A stretch of DNA of 64,000 nucleotides from Octopus sinensis (Eukaryota): the NCBI RefSeq assembly GCF_006345805.1, contig NC_043009.1, forward strand, positions 72,106,001-72,170,000, written 5' to 3'. The notes under the pieces are model-generated. The model made no database searches. It saw only the letters and a list, made by a program, of their open reading frames with translations, and had not been told where the DNA came from. The first letter of the stretch is position 1. Each line of letters begins with the position of its first letter. Positions 13,514 to 26,232 of this stretch are shown here, in pieces. The position numbers and the translations under genes are program-made.

Positions 13514-15266
13514 TGCTACTCACCAGCCACATTAAGTCGGGAGGTATAATCATGATGAAACAATTATATATATGTGTGTATATATGTATGTATGTGTATA
13601 TATATATACGCCAAACGTATACAAAGGTTGATCGAAGCTAAAGCAAGTATTCCTCCGTTGTGTCTCGAATTCAAATTGTCATCTGTCAGTTTAATGAGAC
13701 CGGAAGCTAATCCTTATATTTTTCTGATACAAGCACTTGCTTACATACGGTGAATGCTGCTAGTAGTCCCCTTCTAATAATAACGATTTTTACAGACACA
13801 TAAACAGGTAAAGCTCCCAGTGTCAAGGCGGCGGTCCGGTTTCGATTCACGGCGTTTCATTTTTTTTTTTTTCGTTGGTTCTGCTTTTGAAAGTATATGA
13901 GAAAATGTAAGAATACTGTGCACTTTTATTGTTTCATATTCTTAAAGAATTCGCACGATCGAATAATAAATATAAGCATGGGACGGGCACAGTTTTGGAA
14001 CTTTACCGTGTTTCATTTTTCCGAATGTTACCCTTAAATTTTTACTCGCATTGATTATTTTCCCAGAGGAAAACGAATTATAGCCACATATTCCCAGTCT
14101 TTCTATTATCAATTTGAAATGTGCTTTTTCTAAGAAATCGATTATAACGATATTCGACTTATTAAGCTCTCAGAGCGGGAACGTTAGAAATTGTGTACTG
14201 TTAGAAAGACTGTTTTGGATCGTCAAGGACATTATATTACCGAAATTATAGTGTACAGCGATGCTAATGATTCCCTGATGTGTATATTCGTATAAATTCT
14301 GTGTATTTTAGTTACTTCCACAATTATAAATGAACAAAAATGTGTGAAAGGGATAAGAAATATCGATTTATAAGGAACAAAGAAATTATATTTTAGGAAA
14401 ACAGAGAAATGGAAAGTTATGATTTTGATGCCAACCCAGAGGGTCGTTGGTGTTTGTAAAGGTGGAAAGCGGGTGATTGAGACGGCATGTATTTTTGGTT
14501 GAGTGCCATCTCTTGAAATTTTGGCTACTTCGGTATTTGGTTCTTCCTTCTGGAAGCTTAATTCATGCAAATTTAGTTTCTTACACACACACAGTCTCAC
14601 ACACACACACACATGTACACATACATACTTATATATACACATATATATATTTATACTAGTATACCCGTGTCGTCAAAAATGCTGGCAGTTTTATTAATGA
14701 CAGAAAATGGCACATCAAAACAATGGGGTTAAAAACCATTGATAAATGTCAACAATAGATTAAATATATGTACGCATACAGTATTGAAACTTGTAAACAA
14801 GGGGATGTGGTTGTAATGTCTCAATTGAAAATATTATTTTCCATATATATACTAATTACACAATAAGGTGTTGTGGATGTTAAACATAGAAGTATAGATC
14901 GATGATGAATTTACAATAACATAAGAAACCCCTAATATGAACTTAACAGTTTGACATTAACCAACCAGCTGTGACATGTTCAGTTTATAATTATGGCTTC
15001 CTTCTACTCACATTTACCTTAACTTACAAATTACACCATTTCTGCAGTTTGTGTTTGGACTTAGACTTCATTTTACATTTTAAAAAAAAAACATCCAAAA
15101 CAACAGATAAGATACAACTGTTAACTAGTATCATACCACTAATAGCTGACAGCAGATTACCCCACACCCACACCACACCCCTTCCCATACCTGACTGACA
15201 TAACTGATTACCATCAGTAGCCAATTTGTTTGTTGATCAAGAATTTTATATATTTATATAATTTAT

Positions 15267-15376
15267 ATCATCATCATCATCGTTTAATGTCCACTTTCCA
15301 TGCTAGCATGGGTTGGACGGTTCGACTGGGGTCTACGAAGCCAGGAGGCTGCGCCAGGCTCCAGTCTGATCTGGCA
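15267..15376 (-). mobile_element. 3' end of RTE family 2 ((GAT)n tail)
   Basis: catcatcatcatcgtttaa.gtcc..tttccatgctagcatgggttggacgg; same 3' end as 33976-36130. A second copy lies at 15835-15955. Confidence 0.8.
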
Positions 15377-15956
15377 CCATGCTTTCAGTAGTTGTTTCAG
15401 AAATGTAAATAGTCATGAGCACCCATAGACCTTCCCTTGGTCCTTCCAATTGTTGATCCAACAGAATATTGAGGGTGTAACATCAAGGGCAATGGTTCCC
15501 TAAATGGATGGTATTGCCCACCTGGGGGCAAAGAAAAAATCTAGGGAAGCATTGAAGAGTAATGAAGGTGGTCAAAAGGAAGTACTGGCTGGCAAGTGCC
15601 CACCAATTTTTGTGACGTTTAGAAAAAAAATCAATCTATGCAAAGTTGTTTGAAGTTGGTTTTCTTTGCAAAACAAGAACAACAAAAAAAAGCAGACAAA
15701 GTTGGCCATAAAATTGCCAAGTGAATTTCCAAGGAAGATATATTACTGCCCAAAAGCTGCATCAACAACAACAATAATGATAACAAGAGTACCAACAAGA
15801 ACGAGATTAAAAGAATACATATATAATACACACACATCATCATCATCATCATCGTTTAACATCCGTTTTCCATGTTGGCATGGGTTGGACAGTTCAACTA
15901 GGGTCTGGAAAGCCAGGAGGCTGCTCCAGTCTGATTTGGCAATGTTTCTATAGCAG

Positions 15957-17248
15957 TTATATAAATTATCTTAATTTATAGAGTTTTGAGTATAATTTAT
16001 TGTAGTTAATTATAAATTTTAGGTTTATAGTGAAAGATATTATAGTGTATAGTGATTCTATTCTCTATTAGTGACTTTGTTCTCTTTATCTATTAAAGCT
16101 AAAATATATTCGTAGTTTTCATTGATAAAATATATTCATAGTTTTCATTGATAAATGAATATTTCCATCTGTTTGTTCTATTTCTGTTAATAATGTAATT
16201 CCACGAGTTTTCTTATAAACGCTTAAAAAGACGTTTTCCGTTTTGAAATTTTAGTTAATGACACGCTTTTCGAGAGTTAAGTAAACTTTTTTATTTAAGA
16301 AATTTTAATGTATTCTATGTAACTATTGATTTTTAAATTTGAATTTATAATTATTTTAGTTGTTAATAATAATTTAGGTATGTACATTTATTTAATTATT
16401 ATTAGTATATAATTATTATAACTGAACGTAAATTTTAAGATGTTAGTTTGTCACTGTGGTATATAGATCGTAAAAATGTTTTTGATAATAATGATAATAG
16501 TGATGATAATAGTAATAAGATTTTTTTAAAGATAGGTTATATGTTTTTAATTTGATTTTTCAATTTTTAAATTGTAATTCATAAATATATTCTATAGATA
16601 TTTATAATATTTATGTAAGTAATAATGGACTGATTTATTTTGGGTTATATGTTTATATATTTATTGATAGAGAAAATTTCAGATTTTTAATTACTATATT
16701 TGTTGATTATAATTTAGATACTTATTTTTATGCATTTATTATTTTATAATTATTAGATGTGAACTTAAATCTAAAAATATTAATAGTGATTATTTTGTTA
16801 AATAATTTGGTAATTAAATATTGGAGTATAACTGAGGTAAAGATATTTGATAGTTTATTATGTTTTTTGAAGCCAAATTATATCTTCAAAGACAAATACA
16901 TATTTCTATCTATTTTTTTACCTTAAAAATTAAATATTTAACATAATAAATGTGTTGTAGGAAATAATCCTAATGTTTTAAGTTTCAAATTTTGTTAATG
17001 GAGTATTTTTCTATAAGAAAAATTATTATTTTATTTATTTTTTAAATAAACATTGTTTAACTCTATTTGCTTATTTATTTAACTATTATCATTAACCTGA
17101 AGATTGACTATAATTTTAAATCGAATTTATTTCAATTGAATTTAAACTTAATTGTAATTCAAATTTAATTGTAGCTATGAAACGTACGTAGTTTCTTTAC
17201 TTATTATATATTGATCATTCATTTTTATACTTTTTGAGATCTAGTTAT
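15957..17248. other. Very AT-rich island with G>C skew, unknown origin
   Basis: Sharp compositional change between two LINE 3'-end copies; C is scarce relative to G on the + strand; 26-bp tandem duplication near 16100-16152. Confidence 0.6.
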
Positions 17249-17249
17249 A

Positions 17250-18978
17250 TCATCATCATCATTTAACGTCCGCTTTCCATACTAGCATGGGTTGGACGGT
17301 TCAACTGGGGTCTGGGGAGCCCGAAAGCTGCACCAGTCCAGTCAGATCTGGCAGTGTTTCTACAGCTGGATGCCCTTCCTAACGCCAACCACTCCGAGAG
17401 TGTAGTGGGTGATTTTATGTGCCACCGACACAGGTGCCAGACGAGGCTGGCAAACGGCCACGCTCGGAAGGTGTTTTTTATGTGCCACCGACACAGGTGC
17501 CAGACGAGGCTGGCAGACGGCCACGCTCGGATGGTGTTTTTATGTGCCACCGACACAGGTGCCAGATGAGGCTGGCAAACGGCCACGATCGGATGGTGTT
17601 TGTTACGTGCCCACAGCACGGAGACCAGTCGATGCTGTACTGGCTACGACCACGTTCGGATGGTTTTCTTGTGTGCCACGTGCCACCGGCACTGGTACCA
17701 CAAAGATACAAATTCCATTGATGTTCATCTATTTTGATTTGTTTTGATTTTCACTTGCCTCAACAGGTCTTCGGTCTTCACAAGTGTCACAAGAAGGAAG
17801 GTATGCACAGGTGGACTGACTACGTCCCAGGTAGGGGCCACAGGTTATGGCCTGACTAGTCTTGCCGGTTCTTCGGATGGTGTTTTTATGTGCCACCAAC
17901 ACAGGTGCCAGATGAGGCTGGCGAACGGCCACGATCGGATGGTGTTTGTTACGTGCCCACAGCACAGAGACCAGTCGGTGCGGTACTGGCTACGGCCACG
18001 TTCGGATGGTTTTCTTGTGTGCCACCGGCACTGGTACCACAAAGATACAATTCCATTAATGTTCATCTATTTTGATTTGTTTTGATTTGAGTTGATTTGA
18101 TTTGTTTTGATTTCATTTTGATTTTCACTTGCCTCAACAGGCCTTCACAAGTATCACAAGGAGGAAGGTATGCACAGGTGGACTGACTACATCCCAGGTA
18201 GGGGCCATGGGATATGGCCTGACTAGTCTTGCCGGGTCTTCGGATGGTGTTTTTATGTGCCACCGACACAGGTGCTAGATGAGGCTGGCGAACGGCCACG
18301 ATCGGATGGTGTTTGTTATGTGCCCACAGCACGATGGCCAGTCGATGCGGTACTGACTACGGACACGTTCGGATGGATTTCTTGTGTGCCACAGGCACTG
18401 GTACCACAAAGATACAAATTCCATTGATGTTCATCTATTTTGATTTGATTTGATTTTCACTTGCCTCAACAGGTCTTCACAAGTGTCACAAGAAGGAAGG
18501 TATGCACAGGTGGACAGACTAGTCTTGCCGGGTCTTCGGAAGGTGTTTTTATGTGCCACCGACACAGGTGCCAGATGAGGCTGGCGAACGGCCATGATCG
18601 GATGGTGTTTGTTACGTGCCCACAGCACGGAGGCCGGTCGATGCGGAACTGGCTACGGCCACGTTCGGATGGTTCTCTTGTGTGCCACCGGCACTGGTAC
18701 CACAAAGATACAGATTCCATTGATGTTCATCTATTTTGATTTGTTTTGATTTGATTTTGATTTTGATTTTCACTTGCCTCAACAGGCCTTCACAAGTGTC
18801 ACAAGAAGGAAGGTATGCACAGGTGGACTGACTACGTCCCAGGTAGGGGCCATGGGTTATGGCCTGACTAGTCTTGCCGGGTCTTCGGATGGTGTTTTTA
18901 TGTGCCACCGACACAGGTGCTAGATGAGGCTGGCGAACGGCCACGATCGGATGGGGTTTGTCATGTGCCCACAGCACG
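17250..18978 (-). repeat. Tandemly amplified 3' UTR of RTE family 2 (about 60-bp subrepeats nested in about 310-375-bp units)
   Basis: Anchor ttttcacttgcctcaacagg recurs near 17747, 18122, 18454 and 18767; subrepeat tttatgtgccaccgacacaggtgccaga.gaggctggc.aacggccacg.tcggatggtgtt. Confidence 0.85.
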
Positions 18979-19074
18979 TTTTATAAAAATATATATTATT
19001 TGTTATTTATGTTTTGGTTTATGTCTATCACTGTTTGAGTTGCATAATAGTGGTTTTATCTCTAATTTATATTT

Positions 19075-19123
<49 letters not shown>

Positions 19124-19419
19124 CACTATTTTCAAGGACAATGGTTAAAATTCAAATTTGCTTTATTTTCTTCTTTTTTTTTTTACACTGATACATATAC
19201 AATACAAACATATATCTACACATACTCATATGTGCATGCATGTACATACTCATACACTAACATACACACACATACGTTCAAACAATTCAAATTATTTACG
19301 CTCATACGGTTATATATAACTACATATATGTATTTTAGTATCATGCATTTCAACATGTATGTATGGATTTCCACATGTAAATGAGAGAGAGAGAGGGGTG
19401 GTTATAGAATGGTACACTC

Positions 19420-20095
19420 GAGTGGAATATGGATGTTACCCCTTCGAATTTACAGTTGAGAGTGGGTTTCTGTTCTTGTATGAAGACAGCTTCATTGACT
19501 TGTCTCAGCATTGCATCAGTGGGATGTGTGGATAAGATGTTTAACTTAAGTCTCCCTAAGGAGCCCTTGTGACAGTCTACAGCATGCTGATAGAAGATGG
19601 AGTTTGGTTTTTTTTTCAATGTAGTTGTCCAGGTGTTCTTTGAACCTATCAATTATACTCCTAGAAGTCTCACCTATATATGACTCTGGGTTAGTCATGC
19701 AAGCTCCTTCTTGGCACTTAATTTGATATACAGTGCTCTTGGTTTTGCAGTTCACATGTGGGTTTGGAGAACATACTGCACAATTATTTTGACACGTGAT
19801 TCTTTCAAATGGATATGATCTACATAATACAGATTTGATAGTCCTACCTGTCTTTTTTACAACTTTGATCTTAAGGCCAGTTGTGTGCAGGATTTTTTGA
19901 ATGCCTTACTTAATTTGTTCTTAGGTGTGGCGTCAACAAACATTACACTGTGAAATTTCTTGTTATCATACCAAGGATTTTTATTTTATTTCTTTTGTTG
20001 GTGTCCCTCTCTAACCTATTCTAGAACTTGTTGCAGTATAGGGGGCATATACTGTTTTCATCATCTCTTAGAATGCGTTCGAATCTTGTTTTCAC
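19420..20095 (-). mobile_element. Penelope-like element fragment (GIY-YIG endonuclease region)
   Basis: STVYQIKCQEGAC..SYIGETSRSIIDRFKEH and RQVNEAVFIQEQKPTLN match PLE GIY-YIG motifs; frameshifted. Confidence 0.85.
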
Positions 20096-20116
20096 TCCTT
20101 ATATATATATATATAT

Positions 20117-20251
20117 GAAGGACATCCAGCTGTAGAAACACTGCCAGATCAGACTGGAGCCTGGTGCAGCTCCTGGCTTCTCAGACCCCGGTCGAACCGT
20201 CCAACCCATGCTAGCGCGGAAAACGGACGTTAAATGATGATGATGATGATG
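20117..20251 (+). mobile_element. 3' end of RTE family 2
   Basis: Ends in ggacgttaaatgatgatgatg; flanked by TA repeats. Confidence 0.8.
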
Positions 20252-23200
20252 ATATATGTATATATATATATATATATATAACCAAAAAATAAGCAACAAG
20301 AATGGATCCGGTAATTTAGTACAATTGTTTCATACTATAACAATTTATTAAAGCTGCAAATATTACAGCAAATATAATATGTCAAGTAATCTTCAGCTAA
20401 TTTCATATAGGTTTTCCAATAATGTAAAGTTCTCAAATCAATTAGTAACATCTTAAAGAGTGTAAATATACCGATAAAGTTGTAGATGTGAGTTTCAGGA
20501 ACTTGGAGCAAGATGCCAAGCAAACCAAGATTAAGTTCATATATGCTTTCCAACATTGTAAAGTTCTCAAATTAATTAGTGGCATCCCAGAGAAGGTAAA
20601 TATACCGATAAAGTTGTGGATATGAATTTCAGGAAACATGAAGAAAGATGCCAGTCAGACCACGATTGAGTTCGCATCTAACTGTTGCAAGAAAAAATTT
20701 CTTTAGTGGTAGGAATGGTAGTAGGGTAGGTTAAGGAAGCTGATTAGCTGGAGAAAAGAACAGAAGGAGAAAAAAATTTTGGGGGTGTAAAAGGAACTAA
20801 GACAGATTGACACTAAAAAGAAGGGCCAGTCTATTTCTATGGTGACAGAAAATGTAGGTCAGTGTGGAAGGAACATTAAATTCTTAAGAGACTGTAAGAT
20901 TGACCACACCTTGCTTTCAAATGAAAGCCATCAGAATTTATAGTAGGAGAAAGGAAGATCTAAGGAAAACTATAAGAGGGTCTTAGGTTATTGGCAGAGA
21001 AAGATACAGTAAGAAAATCAAGGTTAACACTAGAATAGAAGGCTATTTATTTTTATTTTTATTTTTGTTTTTATTTTAACTTTTATTTTTATATGGTAAG
21101 GAAAGAATCTAGGTCACTATCTAGAGGTCAATTAAAATCAATAGCAAATGGAAGGGGAACTATACCTATTCAAATTTATAGTGAAAATCAAATATATTTA
21201 TAATTTTATGGGTAATACCATAAAAAATTCTGGTGCATCTAAATTAAGTACCATATTCATTTGAATCTAAATTGTTTTGCTGAACTTATATATATATATA
21301 TATATTATCATTTGATGTCCATGTTACTCGCTGGTATGGATTTGACAGGCCTGTCTACTTAGGTACAGTTTCTACAACTTGATGCCCTTCCTAATGTCAA
21401 CCATTTTACAGTGTGTATTGGGTGTTTGTTTCATGGCACCAGCAGAAGTGAGGTTGTCATGAAGCTTGTGAAATTACAAACCCTGAGAGAGGCAGCATTA
21501 TGCTACAAAATGCAGGTTAGATTATGATGGAAGGATTGAGAACAAGTTTCTTGCTATAAAGTGGCTACTCACATTTTAAAAGAGGTTTGGAGTGACCAGG
21601 GTTGAGCTAGGAAGAGTTGAAATAGTGGTGATGAAGTGGTGTCCGTATGAACCTTCAAGATATAAGGTAAATGAAGTAAATAAGAGCAGAAGTAGAAGTA
21701 TGGTTGGGTGGAGGCTGCAAGAGTTTGTGGAAGAGTGAGAGATGGGGAGTGGGTGAGAGGGGTGAATATAATGAATGAAGAACAAGAGTTAAGGGGATGA
21801 TGACTGGCGGCAGTAGGGGAGAGTAGGTGAAACCTTTAGAGGCTGGAGGGGATTGAAAGATGGAGGTAGTGAATGGCAAATAAGGGATTGGGGATGACCG
21901 ACGATGCAGGATGGGGGTGAAGAGTACCAGAACAGTTATGAGGATACTTAGGATGGGGTTAAAGGAGGGGATGAGAGAAAGAGATGACAAATGGCTGGGT
22001 AGATGGCAAAAATAGGAGGGAAGGGAAGAGATGCTGGCAAAGTTCATGGGAAGAGCAAGAAGCATATTGATGGTGAGGAAGGTGAGACAATTTGGTGTGA
22101 ATGTGGGTGGAGAGAACAGAATTTAGGAAGAGAGTGATGTACATCAAGTAAAATAGCTTCAGCTTGTGTGAAGACTAATGGTATCAAGGAAAAGCTGCAG
22201 TGAGAGAGATGATGGCTATCTTGAGAGGACATTGGGCCAAGGACTCAGTTGTGCATATATATTACCATCATCATCACTGAGCATCTGTTTTCCATGCTGG
22301 CACAGGTTGGACGGTGTGACAGGAGTTGGCAAGCCAGAAAGCTACACCAGACTTAGATTGTCTGTTTTGGCTTGGTTTCTGCAGCTGGATGCCATTCCTA
22401 ATGTCAACTGCTTCCATAGTGTCCTGGGTGCTTTATACTCTGTTGTGCAAAGACACTGACATTACACTTTCAGCAAAGCATACAAGCTTCATTTCTTACA
22501 AGCCTACGCATCTCCTCAGCAGTCACAACCCATGTTTTACAGCCATGTAGCAAGGCTGTTTGCACACAAGCATCATACAGTCTGCCTTTCACTCTTTCTA
22601 AGGAAACATGTACATAACTTCTTGCATCACATGCAGTTCTCTGGATATGACCAGAAATATATATTGTACAATATACAATGTCTCTTCAGATAATAAACAT
22701 AATAATATGTGTAAATATTGGGATCAAAACAAATGCCTTTTAAATAACCAATGTCTTAGAAATAATTTTGTATTTAAATGTTCTCTGAAAACACTTGATA
22801 ATCATATACATACCTTTAATAATAAAAGAAAGCTGTTAGCAGTTCACTTGTTAGATTTATCTGAAATCTCAAAGAGAAGAATATTGATTACTCAATTTCA
22901 TGGCCAATCATATGTACTGTACTTCCATACAAAGGAGATAGGATCACTGTAATTTATGTTCTGTGGAAGCCCTTGAAATTCTCAGTTGTTAGTCTGGTCT
23001 AACTAATAAACAATAAATTATCGATCTATTGTTCTTATCAGTTCAGTTGCACTTTCTTAATAACTCAGCTAACTGAATTCTAATAGAGTTAAAGATAGCA
23101 TTCTTAATCTTTGCATTATTTTGTATCATTTAAATTGTCCTCCTTTACATTTTAATTCTTCTTGCTTATTTTTTTTCCTATATAAGTAATCATTTATTTT

Positions 23201-23614
23201 TTAATTAATGATTTTATATAATTTCAACTGCAAATGATTTAATACTATTGTATCATGATTCTTTGGCAGTCTTATATTCTATGTCTTTATTCACATTACT
23301 TGCTCTCACCCTTTCAAATCTTATCTCCATCTCAGTTTCTTCTTTATGTTTTTTTTCTTTCTCCAATACAAGGCACTTCTAAGAATATGGCAGTAAATGT
23401 CTCCATCTTAGTTCTTAGTCTATTTATCTCTCCTCTGGTCTTTAGGTATGCAATAACACTCTCAGTTCCCTGAACCTACCGGTTGGTTGCCCAGGCAGTT
23501 TACAATCAATTAAATGAATGGATGACACCTTGTCTTTTCATAATCCCTTCCCTTGCGTGTTTCTCTGTTAATGCAACAACTTGCTCTTCAGTTTATTACT
23601 ACGATAGTATAAGT

Positions 23615-23925
23615 GGAGGTGCAATGGCCCAGTGGTTTGGGCAGCAGACTCACTGCCATAGGATCATAGTTTCAATTCCCAATCCAGGCATTATGAATGT
23701 TTATTGAGCAAAAACACCTAAAGCTTAATGAGGCTCTGGCAGGGGAGGAGTTGATGAACCCTGCTGTATTCTTTCACTACAACTTTCACTCTTTCTTCCT
23801 GTTTCTGTTGTACCTGTATTTCAAAGGGGCCAGCCTTGTCACACTAAATCTCCCCAAGAACTATGTTAAGCCACTCGCACATTAATTTCTGGAACCCTCG
23901 TCGTTGTAACTGACAGAGTGCCACG
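23615..23925 (+). mobile_element. Probable tRNA-headed SINE (further family)
   Basis: A-box-like tggcccagtgg and degenerate B-box gtttcaattcc at tRNA-like spacing; only one copy recognised. Confidence 0.45.
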
Positions 23926-24401
23926 ATGATAAGCTCTTCTCTTTTGCATTATCTTTAACCAAATCTGCCCATGCAAATTTGTATTACGTTTATGCCAAGT
24001 CTAATGAGACAACTGATGGAAAATTTCATTTAATATTTGATGTTCTTTTTTTCATGAATATGTTTATTTGTATAATTATAGTATTTTCATTGAGGTAACA
24101 ATTCCACTTCTTATTGAAATGATCATAACTCATTAATAAATATAATACTATCATCTTCATTCCTTTGTTTATACTCTGCAATGGATGCACCATCTTCATA
24201 ATCTGTACATTTTCCTGGCTTTACACTTTGTATGGAATGGTTTTTCTTCAATTAACTGATTAATCATTCTAATTTTCCTCAGTCTACAATCAGCTTGGAT
24301 TTCACATAAAGTGCAGCTGATTTGCTGTACTTGCTTAGATTTCCTGAATCCCAATCCTTTTACACACACGCACACATACACACACATGCTCTCACCCATC
24401 C

Positions 24402-24440
<39 letters not shown>

Positions 24441-25272
24441 GTATGTATGTATGTATGTATGTATGTATATATATATATTATGTCAGGTCACTTTCGAGTG
24501 AAACTGGTAACATGTAACCCAGTACAACCTGTTGCATGGTTGGGTCATCGGTGACTAAACCGGCAACCCCACCAAGCTTGCTTGGTGAGGAGGGTGTTTA
24601 TTGGACACCCTGTGGGATGAAAAACAAAACCCGTTAAAGGGCGGAGGACCTCTTGAGAGTCAACGGCCATCCAATAAATGTTAGCACGGGTACGCAGAAA
24701 TTCCAGGATGGTGTCCGGCATGCTGAAAGACCACTGGGAGTGAGGCACCCCTCAGCTTTTGTTAAAGCATGTCTCTAGGAGAAGGTCACTCTGATATAAA
24801 ACCAGATATGCAGAGAATGGCATTGGACATTTTGGGGATCTTTGGTTTGCGCTAGAGATCATGGCGCTCCCACATCCCTGAGCCTGCACCTCATATTGGC
24901 ACCAGACACCTTGCTCCAGTTTGTCTTGGGATAATGTCAATAAAGTGAAGAGGGTCTATGAGGTGTTGTGCAAGCCTTATTGGACCTAAAACTCTGCACA
25001 GGCATTGCCGACCTTTGCTCGATATGTGCATTTTTAAAAATTTTATTTTTATTTTTTCCTCTATATATATTTATCTTATTTTTAGTATATATTTTCTTCA
25101 ATTTTAGTATATGTATATATATTTTTTTTATTTGGAAGTCCTGTGGCGATGGGAAGGTGATGAAGCATGCAGACCTGACGGGTTGGAAGCATGTAGTCAG
25201 CGACCTGCACGTAGGCGGCCATGCTAGATATAAAGTCGTCTCCTTGTCACCCATGACAGTGGTAGGATTCAG

Positions 25273-26220
25273 TTGCTGCATGGGTGTCTGAGCAGTTCCA
25301 TTTGGAGAGGGCACTGGTCACCCAGAGACCGGGGAGTTTCTAGAAAAGGTGAACCAAAAATTGCCTGTCTTTCCATATCTGGTCAGTTTAGCGTGACTGA
25401 CAGATGTCCACCCTGCGCTCAAAAAAGAAAGAGTTTTTTATCTATAAAATCTGGACGGAACTTAAACATTTCATGTTGGAATGTGCGCACTCTGTTGGAC
25501 AACAAGAGTGATTGCAGGCCTGAAAGATGCACTGCACTTGTTGCTCGTGAGCTGAACCATTATAAGATTGATATAGCTGCACTCTCAGAGACTCGTATAG
25601 AAGGTGATGGTCAGCTTGAGGAAGTAGGAGGTGGATACACCTTTTTTTGGAAAGGAAGGCAGAAGGAGGAGCGCAGAGAGGCTGGTGTTGGTTTTGCAGT
25701 CCGATCTGATATCCTTAAGAAGTTGGAAGAGCTCCCTGTTCCTATAAATGAACATATAATGACCCTACGGTTGCACTTGAAAGGTAAGTGGTTTGCTACT
25801 CTAATAAGTGCCTATGCACCTACTTTGACTAACTGTGATGAAGATAAAACAATCTTTTATACCCAGCTGAGAGCCATACTTAGAAAAATCCCCAATTCTG
25901 ATAAAGTCATTCTACTGGGGGATTTTAATGTCAGAGTTGGAACAGACTGGCAAACATGGAACTCTCTAGGACGTTTTGGAGTAGGGAAAATGAACAGCAA
26001 TGGTCTCATGCTACTGGAGCTTTGCAAAGAACATGGACTTTACATTGCAAGCACACATTTTGTGCACAAAGGTGATCATACAACAACATGGATGCATCCA
26101 AGGTCCAAAGTTTGGCACTTGCTGGATTATGTCATCATCCGCAAGCGTGACATTTATGACATCTGTAATATCAAGCCCTTACATGGATCAGAATGCTGGA
26201 TGGACCACAGTCTGGTGTGA
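25273..26220 (+). pseudogene. RTE ORF: APE endonuclease domain
   Basis: NISCWNVRTL, DIAALSETR, LISAYAPT, ILLGDFNVRVG, TWMHPRSKVWHLLDYVI, DHSLV. Confidence 0.92.
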
Positions 26221-26232
26221 GCAAAGTTCTGA

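Noticed and set aside
17263-19123. Many overlapping GC-rich ORFs on both strands (also 32623-33242)
   Set aside because: By-products of the LINE 3' UTR repeats; frames are not conserved between units.
21600-22250. Purine-rich block with several minus ORFs (mirror case at 40850-41650)
   Set aside because: Low-complexity strand bias yielding L/S/P/H-rich translations without domain motifs.
24100-24250. Possible terminal exon KPGKCTDYEDGASIAEYKQRNEDDSIIFINEL* (minus)
   Set aside because: No usable splice acceptor after the upstream in-frame stop, and no recognised homology.
24620-24680. Twister-like segment cccgttaaagggcggagga
   Set aside because: No UCCY-AAGC loop 4 to form the pseudoknots, so I do not call it a twister.
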